Source: a virus. Taken from it: a DNA stretch of 64,000 nt. A model generated the notes under the pieces. It ran no database searches. It was given only the letters and a program-made list of their open reading frames with translations, and had not been told where the DNA came from. A program made the translations under genes and the position numbers. Positions 49,063 through 57,950 of the stretch are shown in pieces. The DNA is taken from positions 2,557 to 66,556 of IMG/VR virus record IMGVR_UViG_3300019877_000058; one strand, written 5' to 3'. Position 1 is the first letter of the stretch. The number at the start of each line of letters is the position of its first letter.

Positions 49063-52000
49063 TGATCGTCCTGCGGATTGAGCGAGCCCATCGGCACGCC
49101 ACCGGCATAGAGCGGGATCTCCTTTTTGACCAGGCCGCGCTTGACCACTTCATTGCGCGGCATGCCCGTAAGGCGATGCGTGCGCTCGATCGCGTCGTTG
49201 ACGTCGGTAATCATCGGCCCCTTGTAGCTGAACTTCTTGCCAGCCTCCTCGGTCTTGAGCTTCTTCAGGCCCGCCCACGCCACGTCCTGGAAATCGCGCG
49301 GATGCACGCCGTTCTTGGCGGCGAGATCGTGCACGACCTGCGCCGCCACACCATAAGAATCGCCCGGCGGCTTTTGCATGCCTGGGACCAGGCCGCCCGA
49401 CATCTGCTCGTCCATCGTCGCCTTGTTCGCGTGACCGAGAAAGGCATGCGCAAAATCGTGACGCTTCGGATTGTTTTCGGTGAAGCCGCCCTCCGGCATC
49501 TTGCGGAACTGGTCAATGTTACCTGACACATACCGCCCGCCGATCGGGAACGGGAGCTCGTGGCTGGCCTCCGGGATCGCGCCGTGGTTCTTCTGCGCCC
49601 ACTGCACGTAGTGTGCGAGCAGCAGGTTCGAGGTCGGATCGGCGCCGCCGGTGGTCGCGGCCATGGTGTGCGCGAACTCGTCGGCGAATCGCTTGCGACC
49701 CTCTTCGGGGCCGAGGTGCTTGATGTACTGCTGCTCGAGCTGGCGCATCGCGTACCAGTTGTCAGCGCCAGGGATCGCCCGACCGACGTCGAACGCCTTC
49801 TGCAGCCGCTCGGTGGCCTCCGGCGTCGAGAACATCGCGTGATATTTGTCGACCGTCGCCTGCTTGGCCGGCAGCGCGTCCTTGGTCATGTCGAGCGGGG
49901 TCGGATAGTTCGCCGGATCGACATGGCTGCGCTCTTCCGGCGGAAAGAACGGGTCGTAGCCCTTGGTCTCCAGCTCCTTTTGGATCGAGCCACGGTCCTT
50001 CTGGAACGCCTGCGCCTCCGGCGTCAGCTGCTTGCCCCAATAGGCCTTACCCTGGTCGACGAGCTTCTGCGCCGCCTTGCCCTTGTTCGGCAGCGGCTTG
50101 CCGGTCGCCTTGTCCATCAGCTGCGGCGGACCGACCGGCGGATATTGCTCGGCGTATTGCGGGTACTTCGCGCCTGGATGCGGCGCCGTGTTCGGATCGA
50201 CGCCGGCTGCCCGCTCAAGCTCCTTGATCGGCTCGCGGTCGCGCATGGTCCAGTCCGGCATCAGCCCGACCTTCTGTTCGGAAAAGTGCGTGTCGGCAGC
50301 GCTGGCGGTGCGGTTATGCTCGCCATGCGGACCGTAGTTGACCCAGGAATTCTGCCCGCGGGTCTCGGTCGTCATCGCTGGCCGGGCGGCTTCCGAATAC
50401 ATCTTCGAATGCGTGCGCCAGGCATTGTCCTCGCCGGCGGCGCGGAAGCCATTGCCCTCCTTCAGGTGACCGAAGTAGTCGTGCACGATCCGGAACAGGT
50501 CATTGTTGAGCAGCGGCTTGCCGTTTAGCATCTCGCCCGAAGGCTGCAGCATCGGGTGCTCGGCCGAAGCCGCGCCCTTCTCAGCACCGAAGCCCCCTTC
50601 AGTCGGAAAGAACCACAGATGATTGTTCTCCGCGACATCCTTCGCTGCAAGGCGTGGATTGGCCGCATACGGATCCGGCATGTCCGGTCCGATCGGCTCG
50701 ACCTTCAGCCCACTCTTTTTGATCGCGCGGTACTGATCGCCGGTCTCCTTGGCCAGTGCCTCGTACGACGCCTTGACGCGTGGGTTGCTGGGTTCATGCT
50801 TCATCTCATCGAACGCTTTGGCGATCGCGGTCGAATGCTCGACGTCGAGCGGCCGGTAAGCCTCGGCACGCTCATACGGTCGCCCGGTGTGCTCCATGTA
50901 CTGCTTGGCGACGTCGTGCACGGCGCCGATCGGGCCGGGGATGTAGTGCTCGCCATTCAGGACGATGGGCTTTTGGGGGAGCCCTGCGAGGGGTTGGACG
51001 GCTCCGGCCGCCCGCGCTGATGCTCTCTGCGCTTCCTCCAGGCTGCCAGCTCCTCCTCCTGCTCCTGGAGCTCCTCGGGGGATTGCTGCGGCTCTTTCGA
51101 CATTGGCTTCTCCTGCATGGGCGGCGGCAGCGATCGGCGCGGCCGCGGCATTGTCTTCGAATAGCGGCATGCCCTTGGTGAGCAGCTGCTGCTTCAGCGA
51201 GGGCGGGATGTCCATATAGTGTACGGGATGCGGAGTTTCTTTGAGCGACCAGAATTTCGCAGCCACTGGATTTCTGCGCAGCCACGCTTCTCCTTGCGCG
51301 CGATCGCTAAAACTCTGTCCCGGCTTACCCTCTTCATCGACCAACGAATAACTCGATTCAGGCAAGTGCCCCCGCCCCACCTTCACACCATGCGGCTTGC
51401 CGATTTTGTCGAGATATTCCGGAATGATCTTGTCGTAGAAGCCCTTCATGCCCTGGCCGCCGACTTTCAGATCAACGCCTTCATACTTTTTGTAATTCGC
51501 CTTCTCGTTGGCGATGCGCTCGGCCATCTCCTTGCCGACATAATCCGGCAATTTTGCCTCGGGAATATTGTCACCAATGGATGTGCTGCGTTGAACTGCG
51601 GTTTGCGATCGACCGACACCCTTCAAATCGTAGGTGCCGTCCGGATTGCGATTCCACTCAAGCCTGTGAAGCTGCGTGCTTAGATCGTATCGCGCCGCCT
51701 GCGCCTCGCCCGGCGTCCAGCTGATCCGGTCCTTGCCGGTCTCGGCCGCCTCGTGCAGCGCGCGCTTCAGCGCCAGCTCGTGCCAGTTTTTCTTGAACGG
51801 AGCATCAGGCACGCCACCGGTCTCCAGGCCGCCGAAGTGCCGAGCAACTCTTTCGGCCTCAGCCGGATTTGCGCCAATGCCGTAAGGAGGCGCTGCGCGA
51901 TCGGGACCGTGAACAGCGATGCCGCCATCCTCGAGCGTGTTATATCGCCAGCCAGGCTTGAGACCTTGCCCATAGCCCTTCTCGCGACCTGTCTGATGCC

Positions 52001-53240
52001 AGTCGCTCTGGATCTCCTCGAGATGCAGCGATGGCTTGGCCTCGCGAGCCGGCACGATATTGACCTGGCGCTGGATGTTCTCGGGCAGCTTCTCGATGTA
52101 GGCGTTGGCCGTGGCGTGGTCCGGAAAGTGCTGCGAGGCATTGCCGGACACCTGGTTGCGCACCACGAAGCCGTTGCCCGTGACGTCGCGATCGTTCATG
52201 CGCAGGTGCGCCAGCACGTTGGGCTCGTCCCAGTGCGAGGATTGATAGACCGGATGCCCGGCGTCGCGCGCTGCCTCAGCGTCAGCAAAGCCGGGAGGCG
52301 CGTAGGTCAGCAGCTTCTCGCGGTAGTTCTCGCCGCCGGGCAGCTGGTATCCGGCGTAGCGCGCTGCGCCCGGCACTTCATCAGGGTTTTCATGCGTGTA
52401 CTGTTCATAGAAATCACGCGGACCGCTGTATTCGGCACGGCTCTCAGGCTCCAGCTCATGATAGCGATCACGGAAATCGTACTGCTCCTCCGGCGTCAGT
52501 TTTTCCCACGCCGGGTATTCGCCACCCTTCATCACCTCGCCGAGCTGGACCTTATTCTGCTCGAGATGGTCCTGCAGCTCGGCCTTGGTGACCGGCTGAT
52601 CGCCCTTCTTCGCCAACATGTCGGCGGTGCCGGTGTACTTCAGCTCGTCCGGCTTGACGCCCGGCTTGTTGCTCAGCGTGCCCAGCCACTGCTTGGCCGG
52701 CGCCACCTCCTGGGGATGCTCGGCGACAGCGTGCTCCAGTGCCGAATAGAACGGCGGCGCGCGCTCGGCAGCCGCCACCGGCAATGCTGCCTTGGCCGAA
52801 TCAGCCGCTACCACCGGGGCCGCAGCCGCCTTGCCGCCGAAGCTGGCGCCACCTGCCATCGCCGAGGTGTCGAAAGCGCGGTGCACCATCTCCGGCGAGG
52901 TGTGGCCGTCGGCGTATTCCGGGATCTCGCCTGACTTAACGTCACCAGGCGCCGTAAAGCCGCTCTTGATGGCGCCGCCGACATTGCTCAGCACGTTGGC
53001 GATGGGGTCCTGCTTGAGCAGGGCATCGGCCTCCGGCAGCTCTCCCGGCGCCACAGGCGCCTGCGGCGGGGCGCTGGCGAGGCCTTTGGCGAGGCGGTAG
53101 GGCGCGCTCAGGACGCTACGGCCGGTATCGGCCCAGCTGCGCTGCTTGGCCGCCTCAGCGTCCTTCTGCTGCAGCGCCAGGCCCTCCTGAGCCTCCTGCT
53201 CGCGCCAGTCGCTGGGGTCGAGGGAACCGAATTCGGCCAT
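49059..53240 (-). CDS. Large polyvalent internal virion protein (conserved EEIQSDWHQ domain, HDYFGH peptidase-like domain, HhH-glycosylase-like domain)
   Basis: 1393 aa from ATG 53240; motifs PFYSAL..GVK.DE, LEEIQSDWHQ, LALKRAL; FRIVHDYFGH...GEDNAW; WY...AAT...N...TMD...YG....A...GV.PRDFQDVAWAG. Confidence 0.8.
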   Translation of the reverse strand: MAEFGSLDPSDWREQEAQEGLALQQKDAEAAKQRSWADTGRSVLSAPYRLAKGLASAPPQAPVAPGELPEADALLKQDPIANVLSNVGGAIKSGFTAPGDVKSGEIPEYADGHTSPEMVHRAFDTSAMAGGASFGGKAAAAPVVAADSAKAALPVAAAERAPPFYSALEHAVAEHPQEVAPAKQWLGTLSNKPGVKPDELKYTGTADMLAKKGDQPVTKAELQDHLEQNKVQLGEVMKGGEYPAWEKLTPEEQYDFRDRYHELEPESRAEYSGPRDFYEQYTHENPDEVPGAARYAGYQLPGGENYREKLLTYAPPGFADAEAARDAGHPVYQSSHWDEPNVLAHLRMNDRDVTGNGFVVRNQVSGNASQHFPDHATANAYIEKLPENIQRQVNIVPAREAKPSLHLEEIQSDWHQTGREKGYGQGLKPGWRYNTLEDGGIAVHGPDRAAPPYGIGANPAEAERVARHFGGLETGGVPDAPFKKNWHELALKRALHEAAETGKDRISWTPGEAQAARYDLSTQLHRLEWNRNPDGTYDLKGVGRSQTAVQRSTSIGDNIPEAKLPDYVGKEMAERIANEKANYKKYEGVDLKVGGQGMKGFYDKIIPEYLDKIGKPHGVKVGRGHLPESSYSLVDEEGKPGQSFSDRAQGEAWLRRNPVAAKFWSLKETPHPVHYMDIPPSLKQQLLTKGMPLFEDNAAAAPIAAAAHAGEANVERAAAIPRGAPGAGGGAGSLEEAQRASARAAGAVQPLAGLPQKPIVLNGEHYIPGPIGAVHDVAKQYMEHTGRPYERAEAYRPLDVEHSTAIAKAFDEMKHEPSNPRVKASYEALAKETGDQYRAIKKSGLKVEPIGPDMPDPYAANPRLAAKDVAENNHLWFFPTEGGFGAEKGAASAEHPMLQPSGEMLNGKPLLNNDLFRIVHDYFGHLKEGNGFRAAGEDNAWRTHSKMYSEAARPAMTTETRGQNSWVNYGPHGEHNRTASAADTHFSEQKVGLMPDWTMRDREPIKELERAAGVDPNTAPHPGAKYPQYAEQYPPVGPPQLMDKATGKPLPNKGKAAQKLVDQGKAYWGKQLTPEAQAFQKDRGSIQKELETKGYDPFFPPEERSHVDPANYPTPLDMTKDALPAKQATVDKYHAMFSTPEATERLQKAFDVGRAIPGADNWYAMRQLEQQYIKHLGPEEGRKRFADEFAHTMAATTGGADPTSNLLLAHYVQWAQKNHGAIPEASHELPFPIGGRYVSGNIDQFRKMPEGGFTENNPKRHDFAHAFLGHANKATMDEQMSGGLVPGMQKPPGDSYGVAAQVVHDLAAKNGVHPRDFQDVAWAGLKKLKTEEAGKKFSYKGPMITDVNDAIERTHRLTGMPRNEVVKRGLVKKEIPLYAGGVPMGSLNPQDDQ

Positions 53241-55000
53241 CAGACATCTCCGCCGGGCACCGTCAAAGGCTGGAGGCCACGGGCATATGTCCACACTGAA
53301 CCCGCCGGCAGCTCCAGTCGACCCCGCATGTAGCGAGCCTCAACGCAGATGCCGGCAAGCCCATTGGCATCGATCGTACTCGGCGTCGAGATTACCCGGG
53401 CCGCGGACGGTGAGGTCCGCGTCACCACCGAGCAGATCGCGACCGCGCAGTCCGTCAACGGCCGGATGGTGTCGCAGAACACGGTCTCGCCCTCGAGATC
53501 GAACTCCTCGGTCTCCACGACCGCATCCATATTGGTGCCGGTGAAGAAGCCCAGCGCGTTGTTCTGATCGAACACGGAGATCGTCGCCGAGGCCGCGATC
53601 GCCAGACTGTCGAGCGAGAAGCCGAGCGCATCGAGCGAGCCGCCGATGTGAGCATTGGTGCAGGTGTAGACATGCGCGCCGTTGAAGACCGAGCCGATCA
53701 GGTCGATATGGGTGGCGTCGATGATGGTGAATTTCCAGTTCCCGTTCGGGGTGTTCGGGATCGCGCTATTGACGTCGTTGGCGCCGGTCCCGGTCACGCC
53801 ATAGACCTCGCAGGAAGGTTGGCCGGCGAGCGTGAACGAGACATTGAAGGTCGCGTTCAGCGTCAACCGACACAGACCGCCGCCGTTGTTGGCGACAGCG
53901 GTGACGTTGAGCGGGATCGGCGCGACCGCGTCGAGCGCGTCCAGCGTGATGCCGGGGCGCGCCAGCGAGGCGATGTAGTGACCGTTTTGCAGGATCAGGC
54001 TGAATTCGCCGAGCTGGCCGATCGACCAGTCGTAGACCAGGATCTTGTCGAACATCCCGGTCTGGCCGGTGATCGACTTATAAGCCCAGTAGACCCGGGT
54101 CTGCGACGGATCGGCTGAGCCGATCACGAGCTGCAGGTTGGCGGTGTCGACGTCGCCCTTGAAGAAATCGTCAACCCGGCCCTTGCCGATCTGCACCGGA
54201 TAGCCGCCGGGATCGATCCGCTTGATGCCCTGGGCGGAGATGTAGAACGTCTTCTCGCCGGCGTTGATGATCGAATATTTGGCGAATAGCGGATCGTTCT
54301 GCGCGATGCGGACGATTTCAAACACCACCGCGGTGCCAGGGGCATAGATCAGCGAGCGGATGCACAGGTCCTGGAACGCCAGCCCGTAGTTGTCGCCACC
54401 CGACAGGCCATGGACGCCGCCGCCGTCGGGCAGGTCCTGGAAATCGGAATAGCCGACGCCAGCGGTCCAGGTGGTGATCCCGAACAGGTCCGACCACTGC
54501 ACCCGGTTGACGTTGCCGAGCAGCTCCGACAGCACGATGAAGCCGTTGATCGCGGCGATGCAGCCGGCTTGCGGCGGCGAACCACCGAGATCGGCAAACG
54601 CCGCCGAGACGCCGAGCGTGAAGGTCTGCGGCACCGTATTGGCCTGCACCGCCAGCAGGGTGGCCTCGAACTGCAGGAACTGCCAGTTGGAGTCGCTGGC
54701 TACCGGCGAATAGTTGACCGCGCCCTTCGACACCAGGACCCAGGTGAAGGTCGTGTTGTTCATCTGGTAGAGGTTGGTTGCGGTGCCGGCGAAGATCGAG
54801 ATCGAGCTGTCGGCGTTGCGGGCGTAGTAGTAGCCGCGGCAGTCCGCCGGCAATGCCGTGGTGAAGACGACCAGCGCCGGCACCGGACCATAGCCATCGA
54901 CGCGCGGCACCACGTTCTGAATCACGGACGAGAAACTCAGTCCGGGCTCATTCTGATCGGGGGCAAACTTTGGGAACGGGACAGTGGGGGCTTTGGCCAT
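53240..55000 (-). CDS. Tail tubular protein B / P22 gp10-like head stabilisation protein
   Basis: 586 aa beta-propeller-like; RVQWSDL....W...SDFQDLPDGG.V.G; position after the adaptor. Confidence 0.8.
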   Translation of the reverse strand: MAKAPTVPFPKFAPDQNEPGLSFSSVIQNVVPRVDGYGPVPALVVFTTALPADCRGYYYARNADSSISIFAGTATNLYQMNNTTFTWVLVSKGAVNYSPVASDSNWQFLQFEATLLAVQANTVPQTFTLGVSAAFADLGGSPPQAGCIAAINGFIVLSELLGNVNRVQWSDLFGITTWTAGVGYSDFQDLPDGGGVHGLSGGDNYGLAFQDLCIRSLIYAPGTAVVFEIVRIAQNDPLFAKYSIINAGEKTFYISAQGIKRIDPGGYPVQIGKGRVDDFFKGDVDTANLQLVIGSADPSQTRVYWAYKSITGQTGMFDKILVYDWSIGQLGEFSLILQNGHYIASLARPGITLDALDAVAPIPLNVTAVANNGGGLCRLTLNATFNVSFTLAGQPSCEVYGVTGTGANDVNSAIPNTPNGNWKFTIIDATHIDLIGSVFNGAHVYTCTNAHIGGSLDALGFSLDSLAIAASATISVFDQNNALGFFTGTNMDAVVETEEFDLEGETVFCDTIRPLTDCAVAICSVVTRTSPSAARVISTPSTIDANGLAGICVEARYMRGRLELPAGSVWTYARGLQPLTVPGGDV

Positions 55001-55003
55001 GGC

Positions 55004-55684
55004 TCACCACGGCATCGGCGCGACGCGACCCCGACCCTTGAGGCGATTGACCTCGCCCTTCAGCGCGCGCCAGGCGCGATAGGTGGCGCCAATGGGTCGC
55101 TGCTCCGGATCCGGCGACATCATCGCCGCCATCTTCTCGTTGCGGGTGACGTGGGTGGCGATCTCGAACTTGACGCGGGAGCGGATCAGCTCCTCGCCGT
55201 CGGTCATCCAGCGATTGCCGGTGGCCACGTCGGACACAGGTGCTGCCACCAGGATGTGGCAGTCGAGCGTCATCGCGTAGACCGTGTCCGGGATCGGGGA
55301 GATCATCAGGCTCTCGCCCTCGTAGGCGAATTTCTCCGGCGGGCCCCGCACCGCGGTGTTCTGGTTCGTCATCACGATGTCGAGCGGGGTGGTCCGGCTC
55401 ACGAGGAAATTCGAGGTGCCCTGGGTGTAGATCAGCCAGTCGATGAAGAAATTCGAGGCGATCTCATCCATCGCACCGATGTCATAGACGAACTGGCCGG
55501 CGACAGTGTTGAAGGTCGGAGGCAGCGCCGGATTGATGTCAGAGAAGCGGAAGCGCTGCTTCTGGTACACCTTGATGGCGTCGGTGATGGCGTCGGCGAT
55601 GCGAATGTCGCTCGCGAGGATGTCCGGACGCGCCAGCTCCAGCGCGATCCGCGCCTTCAACAGTGCCTGCGTGCCGATTCCCAT
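55004..55684 (-). CDS. Head-tail adaptor / tail tubular protein A
   Basis: LKARIA.ELAR...I.DAI..Y...RF.F...G.P..FA...PIPD.VY...NRWMTDGEELI. Confidence 0.8.
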   Translation of the reverse strand: MGIGTQALLKARIALELARPDILASDIRIADAITDAIKVYQKQRFRFSDINPALPPTFNTVAGQFVYDIGAMDEIASNFFIDWLIYTQGTSNFLVSRTTPLDIVMTNQNTAVRGPPEKFAYEGESLMISPIPDTVYAMTLDCHILVAAPVSDVATGNRWMTDGEELIRSRVKFEIATHVTRNEKMAAMMSPDPEQRPIGATYRAWRALKGEVNRLKGRGRVAPMPW

Positions 55685-55717
55685 AACTGGTCACCCCATC
55701 GGCACGCGTAGCACAGA

Positions 55718-56140
55718 TCAGGAGTAGATAACGCAGGTTTCCGCGCCTGGCGTCACACCGGTGAAGCGGAACTGGCAATCTTTCGAGTTGTTGGCGGGGA
55801 TCGTGCCATTGCCGCCGGTGTCGAAGCTGATGCCGGCGCCGAGCACCAAGGTGAGAACATTGCCGCCGTTGTTGATGATGATGCAGTCGATGGTATCGCC
55901 GATATTCAGCGGCGTGCCTGCACCGCGCAGGATCGCTGCGATCGCCGCCGCCGTCGGCAGCTGACCGTTACTAGCGCCGCCCGAGGCGGAATGGAGGAGG
56001 ATGGCGCCGACGATATCAGCCGCTGCATAGGTCTGATTGCCGGTTGCGAAAATCGCAGGCGTCGGCGTGTTGTAGATCAGCGGGCTGCCGATCTTGACGC
56101 CCTGGTTCTGGGCTGAGGAGTCTACGCCGCTATTGGCCAT
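55718..56140 (-). CDS. Capsid decoration / minor structural protein
   Basis: LPTAA.IAA....GDTIDC.IIN; beta-rich. Confidence 0.7.
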   Translation of the reverse strand: MANSGVDSSAQNQGVKIGSPLIYNTPTPAIFATGNQTYAAADIVGAILLHSASGGASNGQLPTAAAIAAILRGAGTPLNIGDTIDCIIINNGGNVLTLVLGAGISFDTGGNGTIPANNSKDCQFRFTGVTPGAETCVIYS

Positions 56141-56167
56141 GCTCGGAACCTCAAAAAGAGAACGGGG

Positions 56168-56191
56168 AAGCGGCGGGGTTAGCCGCCGCTT
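56168..56191 (-). terminator. Terminator after the capsid and decoration genes
   Basis: AAGCGGCGG/CCGCCGCTT 9-bp stem followed by CCCCGTTCTCTTTTT. Confidence 0.65.
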
Positions 56192-56197
56192 AATTCA

Positions 56198-56605
56198 TCA
56201 GCCCGGGAAGTTGCCTTCGAACTCGATCACGATGTCGAGCACGCCAGCCGCAGCGGCGGCAGAGAACTTCAGGAAGATCGGGGTGTCGGCAGCCGCCGCA
56301 TAAAGGCGACCATGTTTGGCTGCGACAGCGGCCAGTGGCGTGGTGGCGTTGGTGACACCCGCCGAGATCATGTTGGTGGGCGGACCATCGGTACCGAGAC
56401 CGAAGGTCGGCGAGCCGGTGAATACCGTCGAGACCTCCGATTCGATGGCGGTGACATACGCCCCTTGCGGCAGCACACCGACCTGAAGGCCGTTGGTGGA
56501 CGTCAGAGGTCCGGCAGCGACGCCAGCCGGGATGTTGATGCGAATGGTATTGGATACCTGACGCGGGTCCTGTCGGGCGACCGAGCCGGCGGTGTTGGTG
56601 GTCAT
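56198..56605 (-). CDS. Capsid cement/decoration protein
   Basis: 135 aa; VGVLPQGA.V......V.T.F.G..T.G.G; AGGAGGAG SD; directly after the MCP. Confidence 0.75.
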   Translation of the reverse strand: MTTNTAGSVARQDPRQVSNTIRINIPAGVAAGPLTSTNGLQVGVLPQGAYVTAIESEVSTVFTGSPTFGLGTDGPPTNMISAGVTNATTPLAAVAAKHGRLYAAAADTPIFLKFSAAAAAGVLDIVIEFEGNFPG

Positions 56606-56645
56606 AGCTGCTCCTCCTGAAAGGGCGAATGCGAAAGGTGGAGAA

Positions 56646-56661
56646 GGCGCCCGAAGGCGCC
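56646..56661 (-). promoter_or_regulatory. C(UUCG)G tetraloop hairpin after the MCP stop (mRNA stability or processing)
   Basis: GGCGCC-TTCG-GGCGCC. Confidence 0.5.
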
Positions 56662-56668
56662 CTCAGGC

Positions 56669-57772
56669 TTAGGTGTGCGCGACCGCGAAGGTGGAGCAGA
56701 CGATCGTTCCGTAATCCAAGTTGTTGTACTTGGTCTTGCGGAGGCCGTGGATGGTCCAGGCAGAGACCTCCATGCGACGCTTGTGGTCGAACAGCTCCTC
56801 GTTCCAGCGATACTTGCCGGGGGTGTCCTTCTGGCCGAAGGCGATCATTGCCGCCTGGCCGCCGAGCAGCACCGAGCGGAATACGTTGGCCACGGTGGCG
56901 CCTGCGTTCGACACGCCATTGGTGACGTTGAACGAGGAGCGCAGGATGACCGAGTTGTACTCGCCGATCGCGCCCGTATAGAGCCCGTTGCCGGTGATCT
57001 GGCCGCCGGTGAGGGCCGCCTTGGTGATGTCGAGCCACTGACCCGTCGAGGTCGAGGTGCGCAGATCAGTGACCTGGAACGGATGCAGGTACATCACGTA
57101 CTTGTCGGTCAGCGTCGAGTTGTAGTCGCGTCGGCCGCCCTTCGGATCCTGGCCACCGATCTTGATCGGACGCAGCTTCGGGGTCGCGACGATCGCGGCT
57201 TCCTTGACCTTGTCGATCAGGTTGATGGTGAAGGTATCGGATGACAGCAGCGAGACGTCATCGGACCGGCTGGACTGCCGGATGATGCGGGTCGCCGCCA
57301 CCGGGGCATTGAGGCCGGTGAAGCGAACGTCGGTCTGCGGGGTGAAGCCGCACACCTGGTTGAAGAAGGCGACCGAGAACCGGCCGGCGTACCAGTCGGC
57401 AAGGCCGTCGCGGGCTTCCTCACGTAGATTGAAGGGGACGCGCTGGGCGTCGATGGTATTGCCGTTCTTGACCGAAACCACGTGGCCAAGCTCGTTGATG
57501 ACGAGCGCGTCGGAGAAGATCGACAGCGATTCGCCGTTACCTTCCGCCAACTGGTTCTCGGTAAAGCCGGCGCCCACCAACTGCATCCGGATGCCGTAGG
57601 TGACCTGGTCGCCAGGTCCTTTCGACGTCTCGGTCTTGCGATGGATGATGGAGTTCGGCGAGTCGCCGATCAGCGGGCCGATGTCGGTATACTTCAAAGC
57701 TTCGGCGTCGAGCGTCTTGGACCACAGCTTGACAGCTAGCGAGTCATTGACGCCAAAATTGGTCATAGCCAT
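56669..57772 (-). CDS. Major capsid protein (N4-gp56/DUF4043 family)
   Basis: KGPGDQVTY...L.G.G..E...AEGN.ESL...D...INEL.H...NLREEARDGL.DW...EELFDH. Confidence 0.93.
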   Translation of the reverse strand: MAMTNFGVNDSLAVKLWSKTLDAEALKYTDIGPLIGDSPNSIIHRKTETSKGPGDQVTYGIRMQLVGAGFTENQLAEGNGESLSIFSDALVINELGHVVSVKNGNTIDAQRVPFNLREEARDGLADWYAGRFSVAFFNQVCGFTPQTDVRFTGLNAPVAATRIIRQSSRSDDVSLLSSDTFTINLIDKVKEAAIVATPKLRPIKIGGQDPKGGRRDYNSTLTDKYVMYLHPFQVTDLRTSTSTGQWLDITKAALTGGQITGNGLYTGAIGEYNSVILRSSFNVTNGVSNAGATVANVFRSVLLGGQAAMIAFGQKDTPGKYRWNEELFDHKRRMEVSAWTIHGLRKTKYNNLDYGTIVCSTFAVAHT

Positions 57773-57789
57773 GGAAAGGCACCCCTGCG

Positions 57790-57942
57790 TATGGCCTCAG
57801 CGCAAAGGGCGCGGGCCGGTTATCGCGTGTGAGATTTTGGGATGCGCGATTATCGTTCTGCGCGACGGGATGCCCGCGTTCTGGGGCATCGCAGCTCGGA
57901 CACTTGACCGTGGTCCGTCACGAAAGCCCGGCGTGAGCCGGG
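57790..57942 (-). promoter_or_regulatory. Structured MCP leader with two CAGAACG-containing hairpin loops
   Basis: CCCGGC/GCCGGG 57927-42; GATGCCC/GGGCATC 57869-90; CGCG/CGCG 57845-64; CAGAACG at 57854-60 and 57877-83. Confidence 0.5.
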
Positions 57943-57950
57943 ATTAGTCG

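Noticed and set aside
57854-57883. Alphaproteobacterial LexA box (GTTC-N7-GTTC)
   Set aside because: The two GTTC are separated by 19 nt, not 7
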